Shown: positions 36,573 through 45,732 of the stretch, piece by piece
How positions within the stretch are numbered: the stretch's first letter is position 1
Layout: each line of letters starts with the position of its first letter
From: a virus
DNA: 64,000 nucleotides
IMG/VR virus record: IMGVR_UViG_3300027733_000039
Location: 33,132-97,131 of that record
Direction: 5' to 3' (one strand)
The notes under the pieces: generated by a model
Database searches by the model: none
Seen by the model: the letters and a program-made list of their open reading frames with translations, nothing else
Told to the model about the DNA's origin: nothing
Translations under genes and position numbers: made by a program

Positions 36573-38261
36573 ATGGCTGTTGATTTCTGGTCCCCGTCTT
36601 ACCGTGCATCTTCAAGCGACCTCACTGTTGCTATCAGCCCTTTGGGTTTGGTGGAATTGGCAGACGAAGAGTTTGAAGTCCATGGACCACGTTTAAACCG
36701 CTACAGCGCAGCGTGGGCTTGGTATTTAGGACACCACTGGAGTTATCGCCGTGAGATGGGTGAGTCACAGTTCTACTTGAACTATGTCCGCACTATGTCG
36801 GATTACATTACTAACTTTTGTTTTGGTAAAGGTGTTCAATTTAAAACACCTGAACAGAACGGCGCCATCATTCCACACCTGCTTCACCGTGTATGGGATC
36901 AAGACAACAACAAACACTTTGTGTTGTGGGAGATGGGTCAACTTGCTTCAGTAACTGGTGACTGCTTTGTCAAAGTTGCCTTTGAAGAGCCTTACGTGGA
37001 TTCTGTAAACATTGCGCATGAAGGTCGTGTGCGAGTCATTCCGTTGAACCCAGCGCATTGCTTCCCTGAATACCATCCACATGACCGTGATCGTTTGATT
37101 CGTTTTAAACTCAAGTATCGCTTTTGGGGAACTTCTCCAGAAGGTACTCGTCAGGTATATACCTTTACTGAAATCCTTACTGATGATACTGTTCAACAAT
37201 TCATCAATGATGAACTCATTGACCAGTATGACAATGTGTTGGGAACTATCCCCATCGTTCATATCCCAAATACGACCATCTCGTCATCGCCTTGGGGTCA
37301 ATCAGATGTCTGGGACATCATCCCACTGAACCGTGAACTTAACGAGAAGATGGTTGAAGTATCTGACATCATCAACTACCATGCTGCTCCTGTAACAATT
37401 ATTACTGGTGCTAAGGCTTCACAACTAGAGCGTGGTCCTAAGAAAGTTTGGGCAGGTCTTCCTAAAGACGCTAACGTTTTCAACCTTGAATCTCGTGGTG
37501 AGATGTCGGGTGCTTTGGAATACATCAGTGTTATTAAGCGCACCATGCATGAAATCACTGGTGTGCCTGAAACTGCTCTTGGTCAATTCCAACCAGTATC
37601 CAATACTTCAGGTGTTGCTTTGGCTATCCAATACCAGCCAATGATGAATCGTTTCATGATGAAAAAGATTCACTTCACCAAAGGTTTAGAGCGAGTAAAT
37701 GAACTCATCATTCGTACCGTGGCTATCTTTCAACCTGAGTGGCTCTCATATAATCCTTCACTTGCTGCGGAACCCGAACCAGATCAACTCCCTCAGTTAG
37801 ACCCTCGGGATCCAAGTATCTATAAGACCACAGTGCACTGGCCTGAGCCATTGCCTGTAGATGTGCTTATTAAACTTAATGAGGTTCAAGCCAAAATGGC
37901 ATTGGGTCTGGAATCTAAGCGTGGTGCCTTGCGTACCTTGGGCGAAGAGTTCCCCAATGAGAAGATGCTTGAGATCTTTGAAGAACTTCAAGATGACGCC
38001 TTGGATCAGGGCGCTCTTGACATGATGCGTGCCCAAATCCAGCAAGCCATTATGTTGGCTACTGGAATGGTTACGAATCCAGACGGAGGGGCGGCTCCCG
38101 CACCCACACCTTCTGGAGATGGTAATGTGGCTTCATCTGATAGCGGTAACGCTCCTTTACCAGGAGTGCCACCAATAGAAGAGGAGTTAGTAAACAAAAT
38201 AGTTTCACGGGCATACGGGGCAAGGTTCGCCCAACGCCGTAACCCAGACGAAGACAATTAA
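36573..38261 (+). CDS. portal protein
   Basis: 562 aa; IPIVHIPN..WGQSD, SGVAL (SPP1-like portal motifs); position before scaffold and capsid. Confidence 0.88.
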   Translation: MAVDFWSPSYRASSSDLTVAISPLGLVELADEEFEVHGPRLNRYSAAWAWYLGHHWSYRREMGESQFYLNYVRTMSDYITNFCFGKGVQFKTPEQNGAIIPHLLHRVWDQDNNKHFVLWEMGQLASVTGDCFVKVAFEEPYVDSVNIAHEGRVRVIPLNPAHCFPEYHPHDRDRLIRFKLKYRFWGTSPEGTRQVYTFTEILTDDTVQQFINDELIDQYDNVLGTIPIVHIPNTTISSSPWGQSDVWDIIPLNRELNEKMVEVSDIINYHAAPVTIITGAKASQLERGPKKVWAGLPKDANVFNLESRGEMSGALEYISVIKRTMHEITGVPETALGQFQPVSNTSGVALAIQYQPMMNRFMMKKIHFTKGLERVNELIIRTVAIFQPEWLSYNPSLAAEPEPDQLPQLDPRDPSIYKTTVHWPEPLPVDVLIKLNEVQAKMALGLESKRGALRTLGEEFPNEKMLEIFEELQDDALDQGALDMMRAQIQQAIMLATGMVTNPDGGAAPAPTPSGDGNVASSDSGNAPLPGVPPIEEELVNKIVSRAYGARFAQRRNPDEDN

Positions 38262-38313
38262 GGTTTAAAAAAACTGTTATTAACCGCCAAACAAACTAGG
38301 TAAGGAAAACATT

Positions 38314-39114
38314 ATGGCTAAGAACGTCAGTCCCGAAGGGGACATTATTACAGTACCTGCGGACGCACCGATGGTGGAACGCTTCGTAGAAAGTGCTATG
38401 AGTAAGCCCAGCAAAACCTTCACTGAAGAAGAAGTTGAAGGCATCCGCAAGCAAGAAAAAGATAAAATGTACAAGCGCATTGAGGAAGCGGATTCCCGTG
38501 TGAAGTCAATGGAAGACCAAATGAGTGTAATCTCCTCAGAGCGTGAGGCAGCCCGTAAAGAGGCTGACGAACGTAAGTCCAAGGAATCAGAACTTCTTCG
38601 CCAACGTGAAGTGGATGAACTGAGTGCCAAGGAACTTATCGCCAAGCGAGAAGATGAGTTTAACCTAAAACTCAAAGAAATTGATGGCGACTACCAGCGA
38701 CGCTTTGCAGAGATTGAAGCCCAGCGCCAGTCCCAAGAGGCAATCATTGAAAAAGAGCGCCGACTCCAAGAACTCAACTCCTACCGCCAGCGTCGTCTGG
38801 GGGAGGAACAAGAGAACATCATCCCTCAACTCGTTGATCTTGTGGCGGGTAGTTCGGAAGATGAGATTGAAACATCTATTAGTGTACTTCGTGACCGAAG
38901 TAATGCTATTATTGAATCAATCCAACAAGCGACTGCGCAACAGCAAGGTCGCTTGAGGGGGGCACCAGTAACGGCGCCTCCTGTCGGGCCAATGGAAACT
39001 CAGACGGAATACCAACAGTTGAATGCGGATGATATCCGTAACATGACAATGGATCAGTATGCAAAAATGCGTGATCGGCTACTCAATGCCCGCCCTAATA
39101 GGGGCAGGTTTTAA
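38314..39114 (+). CDS. capsid scaffolding protein
   Basis: Charged coiled-coil; C-terminal IRNMTMDQYAKMR; directly before the capsid gene. Confidence 0.8.
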   Translation: MAKNVSPEGDIITVPADAPMVERFVESAMSKPSKTFTEEEVEGIRKQEKDKMYKRIEEADSRVKSMEDQMSVISSEREAARKEADERKSKESELLRQREVDELSAKELIAKREDEFNLKLKEIDGDYQRRFAEIEAQRQSQEAIIEKERRLQELNSYRQRRLGEEQENIIPQLVDLVAGSSEDEIETSISVLRDRSNAIIESIQQATAQQQGRLRGAPVTAPPVGPMETQTEYQQLNADDIRNMTMDQYAKMRDRLLNARPNRGRF

Positions 39115-39151
39115 ACCACATACCCAAACTTAATCCTAGGAGGATTATAAT

Positions 39152-40237
39152 ATGGCTTTCCCAGCCCCAACAGGTGGTGCGGTAACAGGAGCAGATCTTG
39201 GTTCAATTACCACGACTGGTTACTCCTCAGACGCAACACTTTCACCAGCAATTCAGCAAATTTGGTCAAAAGAGATTTTGTTCCAAGCAATGCCAGTCCT
39301 TCGTTTTGAACAGTTCGCTGTCAAGAAGACGGAACTGGGAGTCATGCCAGGTCTCACCGTCAACTTTATGCGTTACAACAACCTCACGGTTGATGCTGGC
39401 GGCTCGGAGTTGGTAGAAGGCGTCCGCATGGAACCATCGGCTTTGACTGCTTCGCAGATTCAAATCACCGTGAAAGAACAAGGCAAGTCGGTTGCAGTAA
39501 CCGAGTTGCTCTTGAACGCATCATTTGATGACGTTATGGCATCGTCCAGCCGCTTGCTCGGTCGTCACATGGCACAGTCCATGGACGTTCAGGCACGCAA
39601 CACGCTGTACGCCGCAGGCGTTCCATTTGGTGGCGGTTCAGCAGTAGCACCAAGCGTTGTCTTCGGTCGCAAGACCAACGGCAGCACTCGTGGCTCAGTT
39701 GCTCCATACGAGTACTCGGCAGCAGGCTCGGCTTCGGCTCCTGGCTACCTCTCACCAGCAACCATCAAAGACGCAGTACAGGTCCTTGCTGGTCAAAACA
39801 TCCCACGCCTCGGCGACACCTACGTGTGCTTCGTTCACCCAGCCCAGAGCCGCTCGCTCCGTGACTGGCCTGAATTCATTGAAGTCACGAAGTACGCTGC
39901 TCCTGGCAACTTCATGCTCGGTGAAATCGGTCGTATCTACGACGTAGTGTTCATTGAGACCACGCAAGTTCTTCAGGGTGGCACTGGAATCGTTGACGTA
40001 ACCCCAGGTGGTTCAATCAACGACCCAACAGCAACATCATACTCAGCCATGATGATCGGAGACAACGCATTTGGTCAGGCTATTGCCTTGCCAGTTGAAC
40101 TCCGTGACGGTGGCGTCATTGACTTCGGTCGTGAGCATGGTCTTGCTTGGTACGCAATCTGGGGCTTCGGCGTAATCACGCACGAATCCCGAGTGTTGAT
40201 CAACACCAAGGGTGGCGCTATTGACGCTAACTTCTAA
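39152..40237 (+). CDS. major capsid protein (N4-gp56-like)
   Basis: LRFEQFA, L.EGV, GEIG.I..V.F.ET, DFGR..G.AWY; strong RBS. Confidence 0.9.
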   Translation: MAFPAPTGGAVTGADLGSITTTGYSSDATLSPAIQQIWSKEILFQAMPVLRFEQFAVKKTELGVMPGLTVNFMRYNNLTVDAGGSELVEGVRMEPSALTASQIQITVKEQGKSVAVTELLLNASFDDVMASSSRLLGRHMAQSMDVQARNTLYAAGVPFGGGSAVAPSVVFGRKTNGSTRGSVAPYEYSAAGSASAPGYLSPATIKDAVQVLAGQNIPRLGDTYVCFVHPAQSRSLRDWPEFIEVTKYAAPGNFMLGEIGRIYDVVFIETTQVLQGGTGIVDVTPGGSINDPTATSYSAMMIGDNAFGQAIALPVELRDGGVIDFGREHGLAWYAIWGFGVITHESRVLINTKGGAIDANF

Positions 40238-40262
40238 TCTTTAGAAGTAAAATGCAGTAGAG

Positions 40263-40288
40263 TATGGGGCGGGGAAACCCGCCCCATA
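40263..40288 (+). terminator. hairpin terminator after the capsid gene
   Basis: TATGGGGCGGG-GAAA-CCCGCCCCATA. Confidence 0.7.
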
Positions 40289-40322
40289 TTCATAAGTAAA
40301 CTCAAACAACTAGGAGACAGTT

Positions 40323-40568
40323 ATGGCAACCAAAAAAGCCAAAGTAAATGAATTTGCAGAAGTAGACGAAGATACAGAAGAAACTCCTGCCGTAGAAGTA
40401 CAGCCCCTTGAAGTACAAGCCGATCAAGTAAGTGGTCGTGTAAAAGGCACTTGGCTCATGTTCTGGGGTTCAAACAGTTACGACTTTAAAGATGGTGTGC
40501 GCTACAACCTTCCTCGTGATCTTTATGATTACTTGAAGAAGAGTGGCAATATCTACGACACACTCTAA
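40323..40568 (+). CDS. small head-associated protein
   Basis: AGGAG RBS; position after the capsid gene. Confidence 0.65.
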   Translation: MATKKAKVNEFAEVDEDTEETPAVEVQPLEVQADQVSGRVKGTWLMFWGSNSYDFKDGVRYNLPRDLYDYLKKSGNIYDTL

Positions 40569-40638
40569 AGTGTCGGGCAGCGTGCTCTGTAAATAAGTAT
40601 ACTTAGAGCACATACTCTCTAGACCCATGAGGTAAACA

Positions 40639-41817
40639 ATGCCTGGCTTCACCGTTCCTAATGCAACCGATTATGCAGGCGGGACCATTGCCTCTTTGGA
40701 CCAGTCAGAGCCAGACTCCTTAGACTTTTCAAGCATTGCTGATCACCGTTCTGGTATCATCAGTGGTGGAAACGTTACTACCGTAGTAAGCGCTGCTGGT
40801 AATGGTACTCCTGCTTACCTAAACATCACTCTTTCTACTGTAGAAGTGCGTATTGGCACTACATATGGAACCATTACGGGATCTACCGTTATTGTTGCGG
40901 CAGCACCTGTCAACACAGATACTCGCTTTGACATTATTGTTGCTTATAACAACAGTGGTACTTTCCAATTTGATGTTGTCCAAGGAACCGCAAGTTCTAC
41001 AAACCCAGTGTTCCCAACCCTTACAAGTACTCAAATTCCTTTGTATGCGGTGTATGTCAAAAATACATACAACACTTCCTATACAACTTCTCTTGTTGTA
41101 GATAAGCGCTCATTCAATTCTTCAACACTAAGTCGTGTTGCATCAGGAGCACCATCTGGCAGCACGGGCATTGTGGGTGACACTTTTGTCACAAGTACAG
41201 CAACTGCAAACGTTGGGCAGTCACAGGTCTATGTTAAGACTGGTGCATCTGCTTGGACAACCCTTGCCCAGTATGTAGCCACTGCCTCTACCAACACAGC
41301 CAACTCTGTTGTATACCGTGATGCAAGTGGAAACTTTGCCGCAGGTACAGTAACCGCCACAGCCTTTAGTGGTTCTGGTGCTTCACTTACAAGTATTCCT
41401 GGGTCCGCCCTTAACGCAGGTGCCGTAGGTACAACACAACTTACAGATGCTTCAGTAACGGTCGCCAAACTGGCTACGGGAGCGGCTCGTGCAGGGTTTA
41501 ACTCCACAAGGGCTACTGCTACCATCGCAAGCAACAACTACACAGTAACAACTGCTGACCTTGGCAAACTCCTTGAGTTCAACCCCACAGCAGCAAACAT
41601 GACTATTACCGTTCCAGGTACAGGATTCACTGACGGTGACCGCATTGACCTTCTTGCAATTAACTCTGCTGCTTACACAGTTACCATCCAAGGTGACTCT
41701 GGTGTAACGGTAAATGCTGAAGGTAATAGAAAGACGCTAAAGGCTCAATGGGCTGGAGCCACCCTTATCAACCGTGGAACCAATACGTGGGTGCTTATCG
41801 GCAACCTGATCGCCTAG
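40639..41817 (+). CDS. head/neck fibre protein
   Basis: RFDIIV..GT..P motif; C-terminal domain homologous to that of 22352..23137 (W.LIGNL). Confidence 0.65.
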   Translation: MPGFTVPNATDYAGGTIASLDQSEPDSLDFSSIADHRSGIISGGNVTTVVSAAGNGTPAYLNITLSTVEVRIGTTYGTITGSTVIVAAAPVNTDTRFDIIVAYNNSGTFQFDVVQGTASSTNPVFPTLTSTQIPLYAVYVKNTYNTSYTTSLVVDKRSFNSSTLSRVASGAPSGSTGIVGDTFVTSTATANVGQSQVYVKTGASAWTTLAQYVATASTNTANSVVYRDASGNFAAGTVTATAFSGSGASLTSIPGSALNAGAVGTTQLTDASVTVAKLATGAARAGFNSTRATATIASNNYTVTTADLGKLLEFNPTAANMTITVPGTGFTDGDRIDLLAINSAAYTVTIQGDSGVTVNAEGNRKTLKAQWAGATLINRGTNTWVLIGNLIA

Positions 41818-41821
41818 GGCC

Positions 41822-42925
41822 ATGATTCCAGGAATCGTAGAGTCCTCAAGGTGGGTCGCTTCTTTTAGCGATACTTTTAATCGTACAGATGCTGCAAATA
41901 TTGCTACGTCTAATCTTGAATGGGCAGAGGTTATTGGCGATTGGCAAGTGGTTTCAAACACGGCATATACCCCTACTTCGGCATCTTCTTATCCATTAGC
42001 AGCCATAGACACTTTTAGAGAAAATACTTCAGTCACTTCATACAACGGTGTAGGTACTGGTTTTGGCGCTGGTTTTGGCGCTGCTTTTTGGGTAGTTGAT
42101 TCAAACAACTGGTGGGCAGTAGTTAGTGATGTGTCTACTACTCAATCAAGTGGCATAACATACTCTTGCCCCAGTGGCGGCACAGTTGAGGGAACTACTT
42201 GCAAAAAAACGTGTTATCAAACTTGTTATGACACTTGTTATGATGCTTGCTGTACAGATGGTTACTGTGCTAGTGGTTCAGGAAGTTGTGGTGGTGGTGG
42301 TTACGCCTATGGTTGTGCTACTACAGTGGCAGGTGGTTGTGACCCTGCTCGTTACTATAACTGTGGTGGGGCTACGACTGGCAACCCAAACTTGTATACC
42401 TGTACGGCTAACCCTTGCCAAGCCTGCCGTTATGTCCAAACGTATGATCCAAATACTTATCCATACTATTTTACCTATTATGAATGCTTTTCAGGAGTGG
42501 TGCCAGCCTCTACTTCATGGAGTGCAGGAACAGTTACAGCAACAGTTGCTTGCAACCCTCATACTTGCCCTACTGGGTATTCTTGTAACCCTTACGCATG
42601 TGATTACACTGCAACTGCAACAACTACCACAGTTACCAATTACGCACACACTATAAAGTTACTGCGTAAGTTGGCAGGAACCGTTTCTGTTGTTGCAACA
42701 CAGTCACTTGGGTCAGACCAAACTACTCCTATTTACCTCACCTCCCTTTCAGTAAGTACAGTAGGTAACATAATCACTTATTCAGGATTGCGCAATGGTT
42801 CTACAAATTCGTATACTGCTACAGCCGTAACTCCTACCAAGAATACAAAACACGGTATTATAATGGCACCAACTACGGCTGGTACACAGGGAAATAGAAT
42901 AGATAGATTTGATTACAACGCATAG
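41822..42925 (+). CDS. beta-rich fibre tip protein with a 20-Cys insertion
   Basis: FSDTFNR N-terminus; central Cys-rich segment. Confidence 0.65.
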   Translation: MIPGIVESSRWVASFSDTFNRTDAANIATSNLEWAEVIGDWQVVSNTAYTPTSASSYPLAAIDTFRENTSVTSYNGVGTGFGAGFGAAFWVVDSNNWWAVVSDVSTTQSSGITYSCPSGGTVEGTTCKKTCYQTCYDTCYDACCTDGYCASGSGSCGGGGYAYGCATTVAGGCDPARYYNCGGATTGNPNLYTCTANPCQACRYVQTYDPNTYPYYFTYYECFSGVVPASTSWSAGTVTATVACNPHTCPTGYSCNPYACDYTATATTTTVTNYAHTIKLLRKLAGTVSVVATQSLGSDQTTPIYLTSLSVSTVGNIITYSGLRNGSTNSYTATAVTPTKNTKHGIIMAPTTAGTQGNRIDRFDYNA

Positions 42926-42934
42926 GAGCACAAA

Positions 42935-43087
42935 ATGGAACAACAGTTAACAGCAGAAGAAAGACTTGCAATTTGTAAAGGTTGCGATCGTCTTTTTAAA
43001 CCCACAATGACTTGTAAAGAATGTGGTTGCTTTATGAAAGTTAAAACGCATATGAAATCTCAAAAATGCCCAATTGGAAAGTGGTAA
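42935..43087 (+). CDS. 50-aa Cys-rich protein (DUF6171-like; not in ORF track)
   Basis: RLAICKGC...CKECGCFM..K....CPIGKW; AGGAG RBS. Confidence 0.75.
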   Translation: MEQQLTAEERLAICKGCDRLFKPTMTCKECGCFMKVKTHMKSQKCPIGKW

Positions 43088-43091
43088 CAAC

Positions 43092-43409
43092 ATGGCTTAT
43101 CAGATAATTAAAACAAGTCTTGGACCTTTGGTTGAAAGTGAAGGAGACTTCTATTCTTTGACAGACCACTATGGTCTATTTGATATTACCGAAAATCACC
43201 CAGAATTCCTTGAAGCCCTTAAACAACACATACTAGATACCTCTACAGAAATGCTCAATGACATTAAAGAAGGTTTTATTATGGGTGCTGTACTTCCAGC
43301 CAATGGTTTATACGCTTATCTAAACTCTTTTAGCATTTACACGCAGTATGTACATCAACATTGGGGTCCTTATCAGCAAGCACTGACCCAAGCGAAAGCC
43401 ACACAATGA
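43092..43409 (+). CDS. hypothetical protein
   Basis: In-operon ORF from ATG 43092. Confidence 0.6.
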   Translation: MAYQIIKTSLGPLVESEGDFYSLTDHYGLFDITENHPEFLEALKQHILDTSTEMLNDIKEGFIMGAVLPANGLYAYLNSFSIYTQYVHQHWGPYQQALTQAKATQ

Positions 43410-43561
43410 CACTAGAACGACCTATTCCTAAGCCCACAGGAACTGTTGCGGACATTACACGAGTCCTTGGAACCATGTCGCACCGTCGTCGTGAGCAACA
43501 ACCAGAGGTAAATCAACCGTCACGAGACTCTACGCCTGGGGCTGGTTCAGGCGATCAGTAA
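43406..43561 (+). CDS. small hypothetical protein
   Basis: ATGA overlap with the upstream gene. Confidence 0.5.
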   Translation: MTLERPIPKPTGTVADITRVLGTMSHRRREQQPEVNQPSRDSTPGAGSGDQ

Positions 43562-43580
43562 TTTGAAGTAAACTATAGGC

Positions 43581-44393
43581 ATGGCTATATATTCCGCTGC
43601 AATCCTTGATGATGTTATGACTGTAGCGAGAAACTACCTTCGTGACTTTCCTCGCTTCTTCCAAGTATCTTTTGATGCTGTAGGGCGCACCTACGAACTA
43701 GGGCACCCCAATATTGACCAAGACACCATGTGGATTGCTTCCACTGTAGGTGCCTCTGTAAGCACTCTCTCTACTTCACAATATTCTTTAGATAGCCGTA
43801 ACGGTATTTTACGACTTGCTACAACTCCTGCTGCTAACGCCAAGATAATGGTGGAGGGATACCATTATGAATGGGTATCCCCTGCTGATCTTGAGTTCTA
43901 TTCTAAGCAAGCCATTGCACAACACTTATTCAGTCTTGAAATACCTCTTGAGAATATGTCGGCTCTTATCATTGAGACAATTGGTATTGGAGCCATTGTT
44001 GAATCTTTGGGTGCTTTAATGTCCGAGTTCAGTCGTGATATTGATGTCATGACATCAGAATCTATCCATATCCCAGCCAGCCAGCGCTTCCGTATGGTGC
44101 AAAGCCTTTTGCAGTACTGGAGTAATCAGTATCAAACACAGGCTCGTGCCCTCAATATTGGCATTGACAGAATTGAAATATTTAATCTACGTCGTGTTTC
44201 TCGTACCACAAACCGTTATGTACCTATCTTCAAAGCCAGAGAACTTGGCGATTATGGTCCAACAGAACGAATCTTTCCAAATAGCGATAAAGAAACTATC
44301 CAATTGGAAGAAGCACCACTTGATAACTTGCGTGAGGACGTATATGTTGATACAGACCCACCAGAGGGTTACGTCAACAATACGTATTTCTAA
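43581..44393 (+). CDS. head-tail adaptor/neck protein
   Basis: Position between head and tail genes; TAAACT-N6-ATG. Confidence 0.65.
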   Translation: MAIYSAAILDDVMTVARNYLRDFPRFFQVSFDAVGRTYELGHPNIDQDTMWIASTVGASVSTLSTSQYSLDSRNGILRLATTPAANAKIMVEGYHYEWVSPADLEFYSKQAIAQHLFSLEIPLENMSALIIETIGIGAIVESLGALMSEFSRDIDVMTSESIHIPASQRFRMVQSLLQYWSNQYQTQARALNIGIDRIEIFNLRRVSRTTNRYVPIFKARELGDYGPTERIFPNSDKETIQLEEAPLDNLREDVYVDTDPPEGYVNNTYF

Positions 44394-44929
44394 TGGATCT
44401 TAGGCGAGAACTAAGCCAAATACGACAGCATTACCGTGAGTACACAAGGAACTACGGTGAGACAGTTGTCTGGTTTGAGTACCTACCCCATACAACACCT
44501 GCCAGCGCTGGTTCCATCTTTGATGACGTTTACGACGAAGGCATTGTAGGAACTGGCGGTAAGAAGTATAAAGACGGTGTAATCATTCCTGTGCTTCTAA
44601 TTACAGAAACAGAAGACCAAAAGAGGGCTATTCCTGAAGGTCGTCAACCTGTAGAACTTACAAACTTTGTTGCATCCATTGAGGACTTCAGAAATGCTGG
44701 GGTTACCAATCCTTTTGAGTACCAATCGCACCTCAACGATATGTTCCTTTATGATGGTCGCTACTTCAGCATTGCTACTTACCGTGTGAGAGGGCGCTTG
44801 CGAGATGACGTAATGGTTGTCGTAGAAGGTATTGAAGTGTACATAAATCAAGAAATGCCATTTGATCCAGGTCCAGCAGCCATGAACACACAGAACCTTC
44901 CTTGGCCTACAACGCTGCCTAATATTTGA
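44393..44929 (+). CDS. head-closure/neck protein
   Basis: Position; TAATG coupling. Confidence 0.6.
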   Translation: MDLRRELSQIRQHYREYTRNYGETVVWFEYLPHTTPASAGSIFDDVYDEGIVGTGGKKYKDGVIIPVLLITETEDQKRAIPEGRQPVELTNFVASIEDFRNAGVTNPFEYQSHLNDMFLYDGRYFSIATYRVRGRLRDDVMVVVEGIEVYINQEMPFDPGPAAMNTQNLPWPTTLPNI

Positions 44930-45056
44930 TAAACTTAGAATAATCTTAGCGAGCGCTAAGAGGTCCAACGCCTAGAACTTAAGGATGTGCCATGATCGGC
45001 TTATCATCTGTATTGCCTTTGAGTTCTAGTTTTGCTGCCTGCGTGAGGTCCTTTAA

Positions 45057-45692
45057 ATGAAAAAGGGTTTCCTTTTTGCTGAAGATGAGGCTATTAAAAA
45101 GCGTTTTTCTGCATTAACGGTTTCTGATGACCGTGACGAAGCCCGTCCTGTACAGGTCTTTTTCCGCTACCCAGAGGGGGAAACTGAGAGAAAGTACCCT
45201 TTCATTACAATTGAACTCATTGACATCATGCATGCCAAGAATCGTCAACATTCTGAGGTGTACCTTGAAACACATAATGCAGGGCATCCAAACAACCTTG
45301 ATTACTGGCCCAGCACCTCGTCTGCCAGTTCACCCAACATTGCGGGGCACGATTCCTTTAGAACTACTGAATTCACTCCAGTAGACCTTTTATACCAAGT
45401 TTCTACGTTTACAAGAAGTGCTATACATGACCGACAACTTGCTTCACAAATGCTTGCAAGCATTGTGCCTTTTAGGTACAGTTCAATCCTTATTGAGGCG
45501 GATGGAACGTCTCGGAGATTGGACCTCCTAGATTGGTCTACTGCTGACCTCCTTGACCCCGAGGCTGGTTACCGCAAACGTATCTTCCGTAAGGTATACA
45601 CTCTCCAAATGACGTCGGAAATACCGACGACCGCACTAATTGGCCTCAAGAAAGTTCAGTCTGTATCAACTACACTTGAACAGACAAATTAA
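45057..45692 (+). CDS. tail terminator/completion protein
   Basis: YPFITI..P.DL.YQV; directly before the sheath gene. Confidence 0.65.
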   Translation: MKKGFLFAEDEAIKKRFSALTVSDDRDEARPVQVFFRYPEGETERKYPFITIELIDIMHAKNRQHSEVYLETHNAGHPNNLDYWPSTSSASSPNIAGHDSFRTTEFTPVDLLYQVSTFTRSAIHDRQLASQMLASIVPFRYSSILIEADGTSRRLDLLDWSTADLLDPEAGYRKRIFRKVYTLQMTSEIPTTALIGLKKVQSVSTTLEQTN

Positions 45693-45732
45693 TTTGAAAC
45701 CCTGTAAGACACCCCTGATTTAGGAGTAAACA

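Noticed and set aside
30354-40237. Introns or inteins in terminase, portal or capsid genes
   Set aside because: ORFs are uninterrupted and of ordinary length, with no intein splice or homing-endonuclease motifs noticed.
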